This document shows positions 1-9,433 of a stretch of DNA of 64,000 bases, piece after piece. The stretch comes from an uncultured Bacilli bacterium. Lineage in GTDB: Bacteria; Bacillota_I; Bacilli_A; RF39; UBA660. Position 1 is the stretch's first letter, and every line of letters starts with the position of its first letter. A program made the translations under genes and the position numbers. Location: contig CAKOUR010000003.1 of the NCBI GenBank assembly GCA_934120635.1, positions 29,203 to 93,202 of the forward strand, read 5' to 3'. The notes beneath the pieces were generated by a model, which saw only the letters and a program-made list of their open reading frames with translations, searched no databases and was not told where the DNA came from.

Positions 1-1080
1 TTGTTCTTCTTTGATGATTGCGTTTAATAAGTAACTATTTTTAAGTCTAACTTCTGCTTCTTTCTTCATATGATTAACAATGTCTTCTTTAGTTGTTCCA
101 GCATATTTTAAGTATAATTCTTCAGTAATCCCTTGAGCAGACATATGACTCATGAAATCATTGTACATTGCTTCAGCTTCAGCGTCGATGATTTCTTCAT
201 CTAATTCGATAGTCATGTTGCTTACGGCTTTTTCTAATAGGGCATCAACATATTTCTTTTCTGCTTCTTCTTCTTTTTGGGCTTTGATTTCTTCTTTCAT
301 TTTCTTTTCTAAGTCTTCTTTAGTTTTAACATCTTCCATACCTAAATCTTCGAAGAAATCTTTATCTAATTCTGGTATTTCTTTGGTTTTGATTTCATTT
401 ACTTTTACTTTGAATACAACTTCTTTACCTGCTAGAGATTTTTCTTGGTATTCTTCTGGGAAAGTTAGGGTTAAATCTTTTTCTTCTCCTTTTTTCATCC
501 CAATGATTCCTTCTTCAAAACCAGGAATGAATGAGTGACTTCCGATTTCTAATGAATAGTTTTCTCCTTTTCCACCTTCAAAAGCAACACCATCTTTAAA
601 TCCTTCGAAGTCGATAACAGCAACGTCACCATTTTCTACTGATCCTTCTTCTTTGATAACTAATTCGGTATAATTTTTTAATAATTCATCAATTTTTTGT
701 TGTACTTCTTCTTTAGATACTTTAACATTTTCTTTTTTCACACCTAAATTTTTGTATTCTCCTAAAGTTACTGATGGTTCTAGAATGAAAGAGAAATTTA
801 CTTCTAATTCATCGTCATTTACTTTTACTACATCAATTTTTGGCTCTAAAATTGGTAAGATTTTTCCTTCTGTTAGAATTCTTTTATATTCTTGATCAAC
901 TAGGATATCTGCTGCTTCCATTACGATTTGACCAGGGAAGTTTCTTTCGAAGATATTTCTTGGTGCTTTTCCTTTACGAAATCCATCTACTTTATATTTT
1001 GGACTTATTTTTTTGAAAGCTTGATCTTTTGCTTTTTCCCAATCTTCTTTTTGTGCTTTGTAATTTACTACTTTTTTCAT
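1..1080 (-). CDS. tig: Trigger factor, N-terminal 360 codons (C-terminus lies beyond window start)
   Basis: Own translation from ATG at 1080: MKKVVNYKAQKEDWEKAKDQAFKKISPKYKVDGFRKGKAPRNIFE...; GFRxGxxP ribosome-binding motif and FKBP-type core GDVAVIDFEGFKDGVAFEGGKGENYSLEIGSHSFIPGFEEG; SD AGGAGG upstream; open to the window edge so absent from ORF track. Confidence 0.9.
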   Translation of the reverse strand, partial: MKKVVNYKAQKEDWEKAKDQAFKKISPKYKVDGFRKGKAPRNIFERNFPGQIVMEAADILVDQEYKRILTEGKILPILEPKIDVVKVNDDELEVNFSFILEPSVTLGEYKNLGVKKENVKVSKEEVQQKIDELLKNYTELVIKEEGSVENGDVAVIDFEGFKDGVAFEGGKGENYSLEIGSHSFIPGFEEGIIGMKKGEEKDLTLTFPEEYQEKSLAGKEVVFKVKVNEIKTKEIPELDKDFFEDLGMEDVKTKEDLEKKMKEEIKAQKEEEAEKKYVDALLEKAVSNMTIELDEEIIDAEAEAMYNDFMSHMSAQGITEELYLKYAGTTKEDIVNHMKKEAEVRLKNSYLLNAIIKEEQ

Positions 1081-1099
1081 TTCTTCCTCCTAAGTATTT

Positions 1100-1576
1100 T
1101 TATAATATTTCTACAATTTTAACATTATATGTTCCATTTGGGCTTTCTACTGCACGAATGTCTCCTGCTTTAGCATTCATGATGGCTTTAGCTAGTGGGG
1201 ATTCGTTTGAAATCTTATTATTTGATGGATCAGCCTCTTTTGATCCTACTATCATGTATTCTTCTGTGTCATCATCATCTTCTTCAATATATTCAATTTT
1301 TACTGTAGAACCAAGACATACAGCATCTGTTGAATTTTTTTCGATGATGTGAGCATTCTCCATGATTTTTTCTAATTCTTGAATTCTTCCTTCTACTTGT
1401 GCTTGCTCATTTCTTGCTGCATCATAATCGGCATTTTCAGATAAATCTCCTAATGCTCTTGCTTCTTTTAATGCTTTAATAACAGCGGGTCTTTTGACAT
1501 TTTTTAAATCGTTTAATTCTGTTTCTAATTCTAAAAAACCTTGATCGGTTAAATATACTTTTTCATTATTTTTCAT
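1100..1576 (-). CDS. greA: Transcription elongation factor GreA
   Basis: 158-aa ORF with GreA N-terminal coiled coil (GDLSENADYDAARNEQAQVEGRI) and C-terminal globular domain. Confidence 0.92.
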   Translation of the reverse strand: MKNNEKVYLTDQGFLELETELNDLKNVKRPAVIKALKEARALGDLSENADYDAARNEQAQVEGRIQELEKIMENAHIIEKNSTDAVCLGSTVKIEYIEEDDDDTEEYMIVGSKEADPSNNKISNESPLAKAIMNAKAGDIRAVESPNGTYNVKIVEIL

Positions 1577-1603
1577 TATGTAATCCTCCTCAACTATTTC
1601 AAA

Positions 1604-1632
1604 ATTTTACTATAAAAAGGGCTTTTTGTCAA
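1604..1632 (-). promoter_or_regulatory. Sigma-A type promoter upstream of greA
   Basis: Minus strand TTGACA (1632-1627), 17-nt spacer, TAAAAT (1609-1604). Confidence 0.5.
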
Positions 1633-1648
1633 GAAAAAAATAGAGATT

Positions 1649-3037
1649 CTATTCGTTTATATCATTTACTATTTTTTTGAAAATATCCCCTCTTTGATAA
1701 GCGTTTTTAAACATATCGAAACTAGCGCTTGCTGGAGAAAATAATACGACTTCTCCGTCAGTTGCTACTCTATTTGCGATATCGATGGCACTTTCTAAAT
1801 CATCTAGAACATAGATTTGTAAAGTGTTGTTTCCTTGTTTCTTTTTTTCTTCCATTACGGCATCATAAATTTTATCTTTAGTTTGACCGAATAATACTAA
1901 TTTAGAAACTTTCTCTAAGATTGGTTTTGCTAATGGAGTATAAGGAATATTTTTGTCACTTCCTCCAGCGATTAAGACAATTTTTTCAGAGAAAGCATAT
2001 AAGCCTCCTAAACATTTGTCTGGTGTTGTGCTAGCGGAGTCGTTATACCATTTTACTCCATTTATCTCTCTTACAAATTCTAGTCTATGTGGTACACTTT
2101 TGATGCTTTTTACTAGAGCTTCGATTTTGTTTAAGTCTGGTAAAAATTCTTTGGTGGCATTTAAGGCAGCACAGATGTTTAAGTAGTTGTGTTTTCCTTT
2201 TAGCATTAAGTTATTAGTATCTATTACTTTTTCTTCATTATAGTAGATTTTGTCTTCTTTTAAATAAAAGCCATCTTTTATTTCTTGATTGCCAAAGAAA
2301 GATACTTGACTTTTTGCTTCTTTGGAAAAGTTTTTCACGATTTCATCATCATGATTTAAAACTAATTTATTGTTTATACTTTGATTTTTAAAGATATATT
2401 TTTTGGCATTAATATATTCTTCATAGCTTCCGTGTACATCTAGATGATCAGGAGAGATATTGGTAATTACTGCAATATCAGGTGAAACTGGCATTTCCAT
2501 TAATTGAAAGCTAGATAATTCTAGAACAACAATATCTTCTTTTTTCATGTTTTCAATTTGATTAAAGAGAGGTGTGCCTATGTTTCCTCCGGTAAAGACA
2601 TGATACCCTAATTCTTTTAATATATGGGTAATGATAGTTGTTGTTGTTGTTTTTCCTTTACTACCCGTGATTCCTATTGTTTTACATGGGGCATAGCGAA
2701 TGACTTCTTCGATTTCACTAGTAATAATAGCCCCCCTACTCTTTTCTTTGATTAGATAAGGATTATTAGGTAGAAAGCTTGGACTTCTGAAGATGATATC
2801 AAAGTGGTTTAATCTTTCTAAGTATTCTTTGCCTAAAGATGCTTTTAAAATTCTTTTTTGAATTAACTTTTGAATTTCTTCATTTAAATTTTCTTCTTCT
2901 TTTTGGTCAAATAAAGTCAAATCACAGTTCAGTGATACTAATTTTTGAATTAAAGGAACATTGCTGACTCCTGCTCCAATGATGGCGATTTTTTGTTTGG
3001 TTAAATCTTTTAAAAATTCTTGGAATGTTTCTTTCAT
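1649..3037 (-). CDS. murD: UDP-N-acetylmuramoylalanine--D-glutamate ligase
   Basis: 462-aa ORF; N-terminal Rossmann IAIIGAGVSN, Mur ligase P-loop GITGSKGKTTTT, typical MurD length. Confidence 0.85.
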   Translation of the reverse strand: MKETFQEFLKDLTKQKIAIIGAGVSNVPLIQKLVSLNCDLTLFDQKEEENLNEEIQKLIQKRILKASLGKEYLERLNHFDIIFRSPSFLPNNPYLIKEKSRGAIITSEIEEVIRYAPCKTIGITGSKGKTTTTTIITHILKELGYHVFTGGNIGTPLFNQIENMKKEDIVVLELSSFQLMEMPVSPDIAVITNISPDHLDVHGSYEEYINAKKYIFKNQSINNKLVLNHDDEIVKNFSKEAKSQVSFFGNQEIKDGFYLKEDKIYYNEEKVIDTNNLMLKGKHNYLNICAALNATKEFLPDLNKIEALVKSIKSVPHRLEFVREINGVKWYNDSASTTPDKCLGGLYAFSEKIVLIAGGSDKNIPYTPLAKPILEKVSKLVLFGQTKDKIYDAVMEEKKKQGNNTLQIYVLDDLESAIDIANRVATDGEVVLFSPASASFDMFKNAYQRGDIFKKIVNDINE

Positions 3038-3072
3038 TTTTGCACTTCCGTTTCTATAATACTTAATTTTTT

Positions 3073-3396
3073 TTAAACTTTATATATATCTCTTATGATG
3101 GAGATAGGGATATATTCATTGTCAATAGTAATTAAATTGTTTTGATTTCTAGCCACAATTCTTTTTTTGATGGTTTCTGTATCTGTAATAATTTCTACAT
3201 CTGCTTTATAGACAAAATCTTTTTCTTTAAAAATCTGCTCAATTTTTTGATCAATAGAAATTGAAGAATACTTATTTTGTCTTAATTCATTATTTTTATG
3301 ATTTTCCATACTACTATAAACTTTTTGAATACTATTTACTGTTTTATTTATTTTATTGTGATACATTTTGGGTAATTCTTTATTCATGTTTTTCAC
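3073..3396 (-). CDS. Hypothetical protein (107 aa)
   Basis: Long ORF for AT-rich DNA, co-directional and downstream of the ClpX-like gene; no family recognised. Confidence 0.5.
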   Translation of the reverse strand: MKNMNKELPKMYHNKINKTVNSIQKVYSSMENHKNNELRQNKYSSISIDQKIEQIFKEKDFVYKADVEIITDTETIKKRIVARNQNNLITIDNEYIPISIIRDIYKV

Positions 3397-3450
3397 CTCA
3401 TTTCATTTTATGAGGATTTCTATTGAATATACATGAAAAAGAAATATACG

Positions 3451-4872
3451 CTAGATAATTTCTTTCTTTTCTAGAATATATCCTTTAGGATTTTCTTGAC
3501 TCTTTTTCTTTAATGTTAGACTTTTATATGCTGCTGGTTCTTGATTAATTTTGCTAAATGGTTCTTTGAATAGATTATCCACACAACCAATTAAGGCTCT
3601 TGCTCCTGTATCATTTTTGATGGCTTCTTTGGCTAAATCTTGATAAACTTCTTCATCAATTTGGAGCTTTATTTTTAAATCATTTAATATTTGGATTTTG
3701 GATTGGATAGTTTGGTTATGAGGATTTTTTAAGATTTGAATAAGATTTTCTTCTGTTAATGGGTTTAGTTCAATGATATTAGGAAGTCTACCAATTAATT
3801 CTTTTTTGATTCCATATTGATATAAATCTTCTGTGGTAATTGGTTCTTTCTGTTTTATTAATGATTCTTTTTGTTGAAATCCTATTGTTTTTTTCTTTTC
3901 TTGTTTTTTCTTTCGTAATCCAGTGAAAGCACCTGAAGCAATTACGGTAATATTTTTAGTACTTAAGGTAACATAATTAGGAAATAAAACATCTCCTAAA
4001 TTAATTCTGTATTCTCCATCTTCTAAAAGTTTTAAGAGTTCATCTTGGATGGAGGCTGTTCCTATTTGGGCATTAGCTTCTATGGTTGTACTAGCTTTTT
4101 TATCAATTTCATCAATGAAAATAATTCCTCTACTAGCTTTTGCAATATCGTTATTAGCTTTTTCAATCAGTTGCTTTAAAATATCTTCGATATTTCCTCC
4201 TTGATATCCAGATGCTGTTAGTGATGTAGCGTCTGTGATTACGGTAGGAACATTCAAACTTTTAGCAATATTTCTAATAATTTCTGTCTTTCCTACTCCT
4301 GATGGTCCAATAAGTAAAATATTATTTTTTACTTCACTTTTAGAATTTTGCCATAGGATAGAAACAATATCATCAATTGCTTTATCTTGACCAATGATTT
4401 TATCTTTTAGCTCAGTAACTAATTTTTTTGCATCAAATAATTCTTCTCTTTTTAAAATCTTTTTTGCTAATGGTAAATCTGCATCTACTGTATAATAGGG
4501 ATTAGGATTATGAGGTGTAAAGCAATATAGTGCTACATTATCATAATCTCCAATTTTAGGAACGGAAAATAAATATTTAAAATTTTTTATGACTTCAAAG
4601 TATCCTAAGGCGTAATTTTTGATGTATTCTTTGGGAGATGCTTTGATTAATTTTTGATCTTCTTTTGGGATAATAATCTTTTGCCGAAGTCCATAACCAT
4701 AGTTTTGTTCTAAATCTAACATGTAATTATACTTTTTTCCACTTATTGTAATGAATTCTTCTGTTGTTTCATCTTTTTTACCTACTACTACATGATGAGG
4801 GATATAGTTTAAAATTCCATTGGCTAATCTTTTTTTCTTGAATATAATTGCCACTTCTAAATTAGTTTTCAT
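3451..4872 (-). CDS. ClpX-family AAA+ ATPase with non-canonical N-terminal domain
   Basis: Walker A GPSGVGKT, GYQG (ClpX GYVG pore loop position), Walker B IIFIDEIDK, IGF tripeptide (KTIGFQQ), LIGRLP, sensor-2 GARAL; no C4 zinc-finger N-domain; start overlaps aspS stop by 11 nt. Confidence 0.7.
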   Translation of the reverse strand: MKTNLEVAIIFKKKRLANGILNYIPHHVVVGKKDETTEEFITISGKKYNYMLDLEQNYGYGLRQKIIIPKEDQKLIKASPKEYIKNYALGYFEVIKNFKYLFSVPKIGDYDNVALYCFTPHNPNPYYTVDADLPLAKKILKREELFDAKKLVTELKDKIIGQDKAIDDIVSILWQNSKSEVKNNILLIGPSGVGKTEIIRNIAKSLNVPTVITDATSLTASGYQGGNIEDILKQLIEKANNDIAKASRGIIFIDEIDKKASTTIEANAQIGTASIQDELLKLLEDGEYRINLGDVLFPNYVTLSTKNITVIASGAFTGLRKKKQEKKKTIGFQQKESLIKQKEPITTEDLYQYGIKKELIGRLPNIIELNPLTEENLIQILKNPHNQTIQSKIQILNDLKIKLQIDEEVYQDLAKEAIKNDTGARALIGCVDNLFKEPFSKINQEPAAYKSLTLKKKSQENPKGYILEKKEII

Positions 4873-6622
4873 TTTTCTTCTCTTCCTTCAACTGTAACCC
4901 TAATTCTTCTAATTGTTTTTCTGAAACAACATTTGGAGCTTCTGTTAATAGACATGAGGCACTTGCTGTTTTAGGAAATGCAATAACATCACGAATATTA
5001 TCTGTTTCAGTGAGTAACATAGTTAATCTATCTAATCCTAAAGCAAATCCTCCATGTGGTGGTGTTCCATATTTGAATGCTTCCATTAGAAATCCAAATT
5101 TTTCTTTGGCTTCTTCATCAGTAAAGCCTAGTGCTTCAAACATAATTTTTTGGGTATCTTGATTATGAATACGAATTGAGCCTCCTCCTGCTTCATAGCC
5201 ATTGATGACAATATCATATGCCTTAGCGTAGCAATTGGCTTTGTCTGTTAGTAATTTATCAATATCTTCATCTTTTGGTGCCGTAAATGGATGATGACAA
5301 GCTACATATCTATTTTCTTGTTCACTATATTCAAATACTGGGAAATCAGTTACAAATAACATTTGATATTCTTTATTGTTAATCATTTGATTATCTTTTG
5401 CTAATTTACATCTAAGAGCACCTAAGCTTGTTTTTACTATGTTGTATGCTCCGCTAATGATAAATACAATATCATTCTTTTCTAAATTTAATTGCCTTTT
5501 TAAAGTACTGATTTCTTCTTCACTTAAGTTTTTAGCAATGCTTCCTGATAAAGTATCTTCAACTTTAATGTAAGCAAGACCAGTTGCTTTATAAGTTTTT
5601 ACGAAGTCTGTTAATTTATCAATTTCTTTTCTTGAATATTTATCGGCTTTATTTTTTAATACTAAAGCATTAATGATACCTTTTTCTTCGATTACTTTTT
5701 TTAAGAATTCTATTGAAGTATTGTTGAAAATATTTGTAATTTCTTGAATTGGCATTTCATATCTTAAATCAGGTTTATCACTACCATAATTTTTTATTGC
5801 ATCGTTGTATTTCATTCTTTTTAGTGGTAATTTGATTTCTACTTGTTTCATTTCTTTAAATACTTTCGCAATTAATTTTTCAATTACATTCATGACATCA
5901 AATTCATCAACGAAGCTTAGTTCAACATCAACTTGAGTAAATTCTGGTTGACGATCTGCTCTTAAATCTTCATCACGGAAACATTTCGCAATTTGATAAT
6001 ATTTTTCAAAGCCACTTACCATTAATAATTGTTTTAAAATTTGAGGAGATTGTGGTAAGGCATAAAAGTTTCCTTTATTGATACGACTAGGGACTAAGTA
6101 ATCTCTTGCTCCTTCTGGAGTTGAACGACATAAAACTGGAGTTTCTATATCAATAAATCCTTCCGTATCCAAAAAATTTCTAATACATCTTGTAATTTTT
6201 GCTCTTGTTATTATTTTATCTTTCAAGCTTTGTCTTCTTAAATCTAAGTAACGATATTTTAATCTAGTATCTTCTAGAGCATTGGTATCATCTTTAATTT
6301 CAAAAGGAGTTTCTATAGAAGTATTAACTATCTCTAATTCTTGAATATCGATTTCTATTTCTCCTGTTTTGATATTAGGGTTAACTTTTTCTCTTTTTTG
6401 AACTGTACCAATTACTTTAATGACATATTCATTTTTTAAACGACTTGCTATTTCGTATGCCTTATTTTCTGGACGGATGGTTAATTGGATTAGTCCACTT
6501 CTATCTCTTAGGTCGATGAATATGACTCCTCCTAGGTCTCTTTTCTTTTGAACCCAGCCATATAATTCTAGGGTTTGTCCAATATTTTCTTTAGTAATGG
6601 TACTGTTTTCTATTGTTTTCAT
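4862..6622 (-). CDS. aspS: Aspartate--tRNA ligase
   Basis: Class IIb synthetase sequence throughout (OB anticodon domain, FRDEDLRADRQPEFTQ, GGGSIRIH, LGLDRL); start moved to ATG 6622 preceded by AAGGAA, because the 10 extra codons in the track run into the leader terminator. Confidence 0.95.
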   Translation of the reverse strand: MKTIENSTITKENIGQTLELYGWVQKKRDLGGVIFIDLRDRSGLIQLTIRPENKAYEIASRLKNEYVIKVIGTVQKREKVNPNIKTGEIEIDIQELEIVNTSIETPFEIKDDTNALEDTRLKYRYLDLRRQSLKDKIITRAKITRCIRNFLDTEGFIDIETPVLCRSTPEGARDYLVPSRINKGNFYALPQSPQILKQLLMVSGFEKYYQIAKCFRDEDLRADRQPEFTQVDVELSFVDEFDVMNVIEKLIAKVFKEMKQVEIKLPLKRMKYNDAIKNYGSDKPDLRYEMPIQEITNIFNNTSIEFLKKVIEEKGIINALVLKNKADKYSRKEIDKLTDFVKTYKATGLAYIKVEDTLSGSIAKNLSEEEISTLKRQLNLEKNDIVFIISGAYNIVKTSLGALRCKLAKDNQMINNKEYQMLFVTDFPVFEYSEQENRYVACHHPFTAPKDEDIDKLLTDKANCYAKAYDIVINGYEAGGGSIRIHNQDTQKIMFEALGFTDEEAKEKFGFLMEAFKYGTPPHGGFALGLDRLTMLLTETDNIRDVIAFPKTASASCLLTEAPNVVSEKQLEELGLQLKEEKKNEN

Positions 6623-6805
6623 TATTTTCCTTCTTTCTAATAAAAAGCGCACAAAAGAAATAAAGATAAAGACGAGATTTCTCCCGCGGTGCCACTTTAT
6701 TTCACTTATTGTGCTCTTTTTTTGATAACGGGATTGTCCCCGATTTGCTTATTTCCTATTTGTCACATTATAGGTCAACAAATAAATATATATGCATTAT
6801 AGCAT
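6623..6805 (-). promoter_or_regulatory. Candidate T-box leader (Asp) with extended -10 promoter and terminator
   Basis: Minus strand AAAGUGGCACCGCGGGAG (6698-6681) matches the T-box core GGUGGNACCGCG; arms AGAGCACAA (6717-6709) and UUGUGCGCU (6654-6646) followed by UUUUUAUU; GAC followed by A at 6764-6761; TGCTATAAT at 6804-6796; lies upstream of an aaRS gene. Confidence 0.55.
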
Positions 6806-6897
6806 AAAATGAGATGGATAGTTTATTTTTAACATAGGATTAATTTAGTAATATGTTGATTTATTTTTGAAAAATTTTGTGTTTATTAGTTAGTGTG

Positions 6898-8139
6898 TTA
6901 TGAATTTGTACGTTTTCTTTTTTTTACTAATGTGGAACTTTGTTCTTGTATCTCTTCTATATCTTTTGGAGAAGTATAATAATTAAAACTATATCCTTTA
7001 TTTGAAAAAGATGTAGGTTCATTTATTTTAGTTTTATTATTATTTCTTTCTAAGTTATCAGATGGGCTATTAGGTTTATTTTGTTTTTTTGTTTCATTGG
7101 TCTTTTTTTCTTCAATTATTAATTCATTTAAATATCTTTCGTTTTCTTGCTGTTGAAATTTAATTAGGCTTATTTTTTTTATTTGTGTTTCAATCAATTC
7201 TGAAAGTTTTTGTTCTTCCTTTTCAGCATCTTCAAAATTTTTGTATTCATCTTCTAGGGCATCTTCACCTAATTGTGAATTTAATTTTCTAAATACTTTT
7301 TTATGGTCTTTATTTCTTTTTATTATATATCCACTACTAACGGCACATCCTATGACAAGTGGTGTAAAAATGGATATGATACTAGCTAGTAATGGTGAAT
7401 TATATACAATTGCATCTTTTATTACTACAAGAGGAAATGTAATAAGAAGCATATTAAAAAGACCTGCTATCATAGAGACCATTATTATATTTGTTATTTT
7501 TTCAAATTTAGATCTTATTCTCCAGAAATTATTATGTAAATTTTTTTGTGTTGTTAGTATATCTAATTTATTATAGTGCTCTTTAATAATGTTAGATAAT
7601 TCTTGTGCTTTTTTTTCGGCTTCTTCTTTTGATTGGTGAGTTGTTTTAGTATTTAAATCATATTGACTAGCCATTGTTTGATAAGATTCTACTATTGTTA
7701 GAGTTTCTTCTATTGTTTTATTTCTATTATTTGCTTTTTCTAATTCTATTTGATACTGGATTTTTTCTTTTAATTTTTCTGCTTCAGTTTTAGCATTAGA
7801 AAATGACTTATATTTTTCTTTTATTTTGAGTCCTTTACTAATACAATGATTCATTAAAGTTCCAAAACAAAGAGAACTTCCAATTATTATTATGGGAAAA
7901 CTTAATGTTTGAATGATATTGTTAAATATCGTAAGTCCTACTTTTGTTATTTCTGAAAATGTTAAGAAAAAAAATAAATATCCTATTGCTGATAATCCAG
8001 AAATACTAAGTAATTTATTTTCAAGTGAATTTGCGGATGCTATTTTCATTCTTTTCTCATTTTTTTCTATTTGCTTATTATTTTTTTCTTTCTCTTCTAA
8101 CAATTCTTTTTTGATTTTTTCAAATTCTTCTATTTTCAT
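6898..8139 (-). CDS. Hypothetical membrane protein with alternating coiled-coil and TM blocks (413 aa)
   Basis: K/E-rich heptad-like stretches alternate with two hydrophobic clusters (LSAIGYLFFFLTF..., IIMVSMIAGLFNMLLITFPLVV...); N/K-rich tail; no family recognised. Confidence 0.6.
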   Translation of the reverse strand: MKIEEFEKIKKELLEEKEKNNKQIEKNEKRMKIASANSLENKLLSISGLSAIGYLFFFLTFSEITKVGLTIFNNIIQTLSFPIIIIGSSLCFGTLMNHCISKGLKIKEKYKSFSNAKTEAEKLKEKIQYQIELEKANNRNKTIEETLTIVESYQTMASQYDLNTKTTHQSKEEAEKKAQELSNIIKEHYNKLDILTTQKNLHNNFWRIRSKFEKITNIIMVSMIAGLFNMLLITFPLVVIKDAIVYNSPLLASIISIFTPLVIGCAVSSGYIIKRNKDHKKVFRKLNSQLGEDALEDEYKNFEDAEKEEQKLSELIETQIKKISLIKFQQQENERYLNELIIEEKKTNETKKQNKPNSPSDNLERNNNKTKINEPTSFSNKGYSFNYYTSPKDIEEIQEQSSTLVKKRKRTNS

Positions 8140-8184
8140 AAATTTGCCCCCTTATTTATATCAATAATTGTTAATTATCTTTTT

Positions 8185-9420
8185 TTATGATTTTTCTATT
8201 AATGTTGCTATTGCGTTTTTGATAGCAATCTTTCCATAGTTATAAGTTAGAGAACCTTGCTGATAAGCGATGTATGGTTCTCTTAATGGACCATCACAAG
8301 ATAATTCAATCGATGAACCTTGAGTAAATGTTCCTGCTGCCATAATCACTTGGTCTTGATATCCTGGCATATCCCAAGGAATTGGTTTTACATTAGCATC
8401 TATTGGACTTGATGCTTGGATTGCTTGGCAGTAGGCAATTAATTTTTCTTTATCGTGAAAAATAATATTTTGAACAATATCGGCTCTTTTTTCTTGATAT
8501 TTTGGTTCTGTTTCATAACCTATTTTTTCTAGTAGATAGCTTGTTAAAATGGCTGTTTTTATTGCTGAATTTACAACTGATGGTGCTAAATATAATCCTA
8601 GTAAAAATTGTTTATTTAGTCCTAAAGATGGTCCTACTTCTCTTCCCTCTCCGGGTACATTTAATCTTTCAGCACATAACTTAATTAAATCTTTTCTTCC
8701 TGTAATATAAGCTCCGTTTGATGCCATTCCTGCTCCTAAATTTTTGATTAATGATCCTACTGCTAAGTCTGCTCCTACTTCAATTGGTTCTTTGGTATCA
8801 ACAAATTCACAGTAACAATTATCGACCATAATAATGACTTCTTGATCAACTTCTCTAATTTGTTTAATTACTTCTTCTAAATCTTCAATTAAAATACTTT
8901 TTCTAGTGGAGTATCCTTTACTTCTTTGAATTTCAATTAATTTTATTTTTTTCTCTTTCAGTACTTTTTTGATTTCTGGAATATTAAAATGATTATTGAT
9001 TAAATCAATTTGCTGATAGTTTATTCCATAAGATTTTAAAGAACTATCATTTTCTTGAATTCCTATTACCTCTTCTAGAGTATCATATGGTTTTCCTGTT
9101 ATAGATAACAAAGTATCTCCTGGTCTTAGGCAAGCAAATAATGCTGTTGTTAAGGCGTGAGTACCTGAAATAAATTGGCTTCTGACTAAAGAATCTTCGC
9201 TTTTGAAAATATCAGAATATACTTTTTCAATGGTATCTCTTCCTAAATCACTATATCCATATCCTGTTGTCATATTAAAACAAGTTTCATTAACATTATT
9301 TTCTTTAAATGCTTTTAATACTTTTATAGAATTTTCTTCTTCTATTTTGTCATATTTGTAGTAAATATCTTTTAAATTAATTTCTGCTTCTTGCATTAAG
9401 TTTTCTATTTTTTCTTTCAT
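8185..9420 (-). CDS. YnbB / aluminium-resistance family PLP-dependent (Met gamma-lyase-like) protein
   Basis: 411 aa; TGYGYSDLGRD and SGTHALTTALFACLRPGD motifs are characteristic of this family. Confidence 0.7.
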   Translation of the reverse strand: MKEKIENLMQEAEINLKDIYYKYDKIEEENSIKVLKAFKENNVNETCFNMTTGYGYSDLGRDTIEKVYSDIFKSEDSLVRSQFISGTHALTTALFACLRPGDTLLSITGKPYDTLEEVIGIQENDSSLKSYGINYQQIDLINNHFNIPEIKKVLKEKKIKLIEIQRSKGYSTRKSILIEDLEEVIKQIREVDQEVIIMVDNCYCEFVDTKEPIEVGADLAVGSLIKNLGAGMASNGAYITGRKDLIKLCAERLNVPGEGREVGPSLGLNKQFLLGLYLAPSVVNSAIKTAILTSYLLEKIGYETEPKYQEKRADIVQNIIFHDKEKLIAYCQAIQASSPIDANVKPIPWDMPGYQDQVIMAAGTFTQGSSIELSCDGPLREPYIAYQQGSLTYNYGKIAIKNAIATLIEKS

Positions 9421-9433
9421 ATTGTGACCTTCT

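Noticed and set aside
152-1352. Plus-strand ORFs 152-538, 928-1122 and 1029-1352, and the many similar plus-strand ORFs in the track (for example 1953-2186, 7241-7576, 9788-10072, 14907-15209, 21640-21960, 27767-28126, 30062-30300, 45486-45845, 52815-53132, 57821-58081 and 62174-62551)
   Set aside because: All lie antisense to well-conserved minus-strand genes. Their translations are low-complexity S/F/L/I-rich strings, which is typical of shadow frames opposite K/E/N-rich coding DNA. None has an SD.
6623-6652. N-terminal extensions in the track ORFs of aspS, rpsJ (59571-59621), rplD (58429-58458), rplX (53946-53963), the M16 partner (62581-62628), the radical SAM gene (19996-20016) and the WG-repeat gene (45034-45060)
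   Set aside because: In each case an internal ATG is preceded by a well-spaced SD and matches the conserved N-terminus of the protein family. The upstream codons run into leaders or neighbouring genes.
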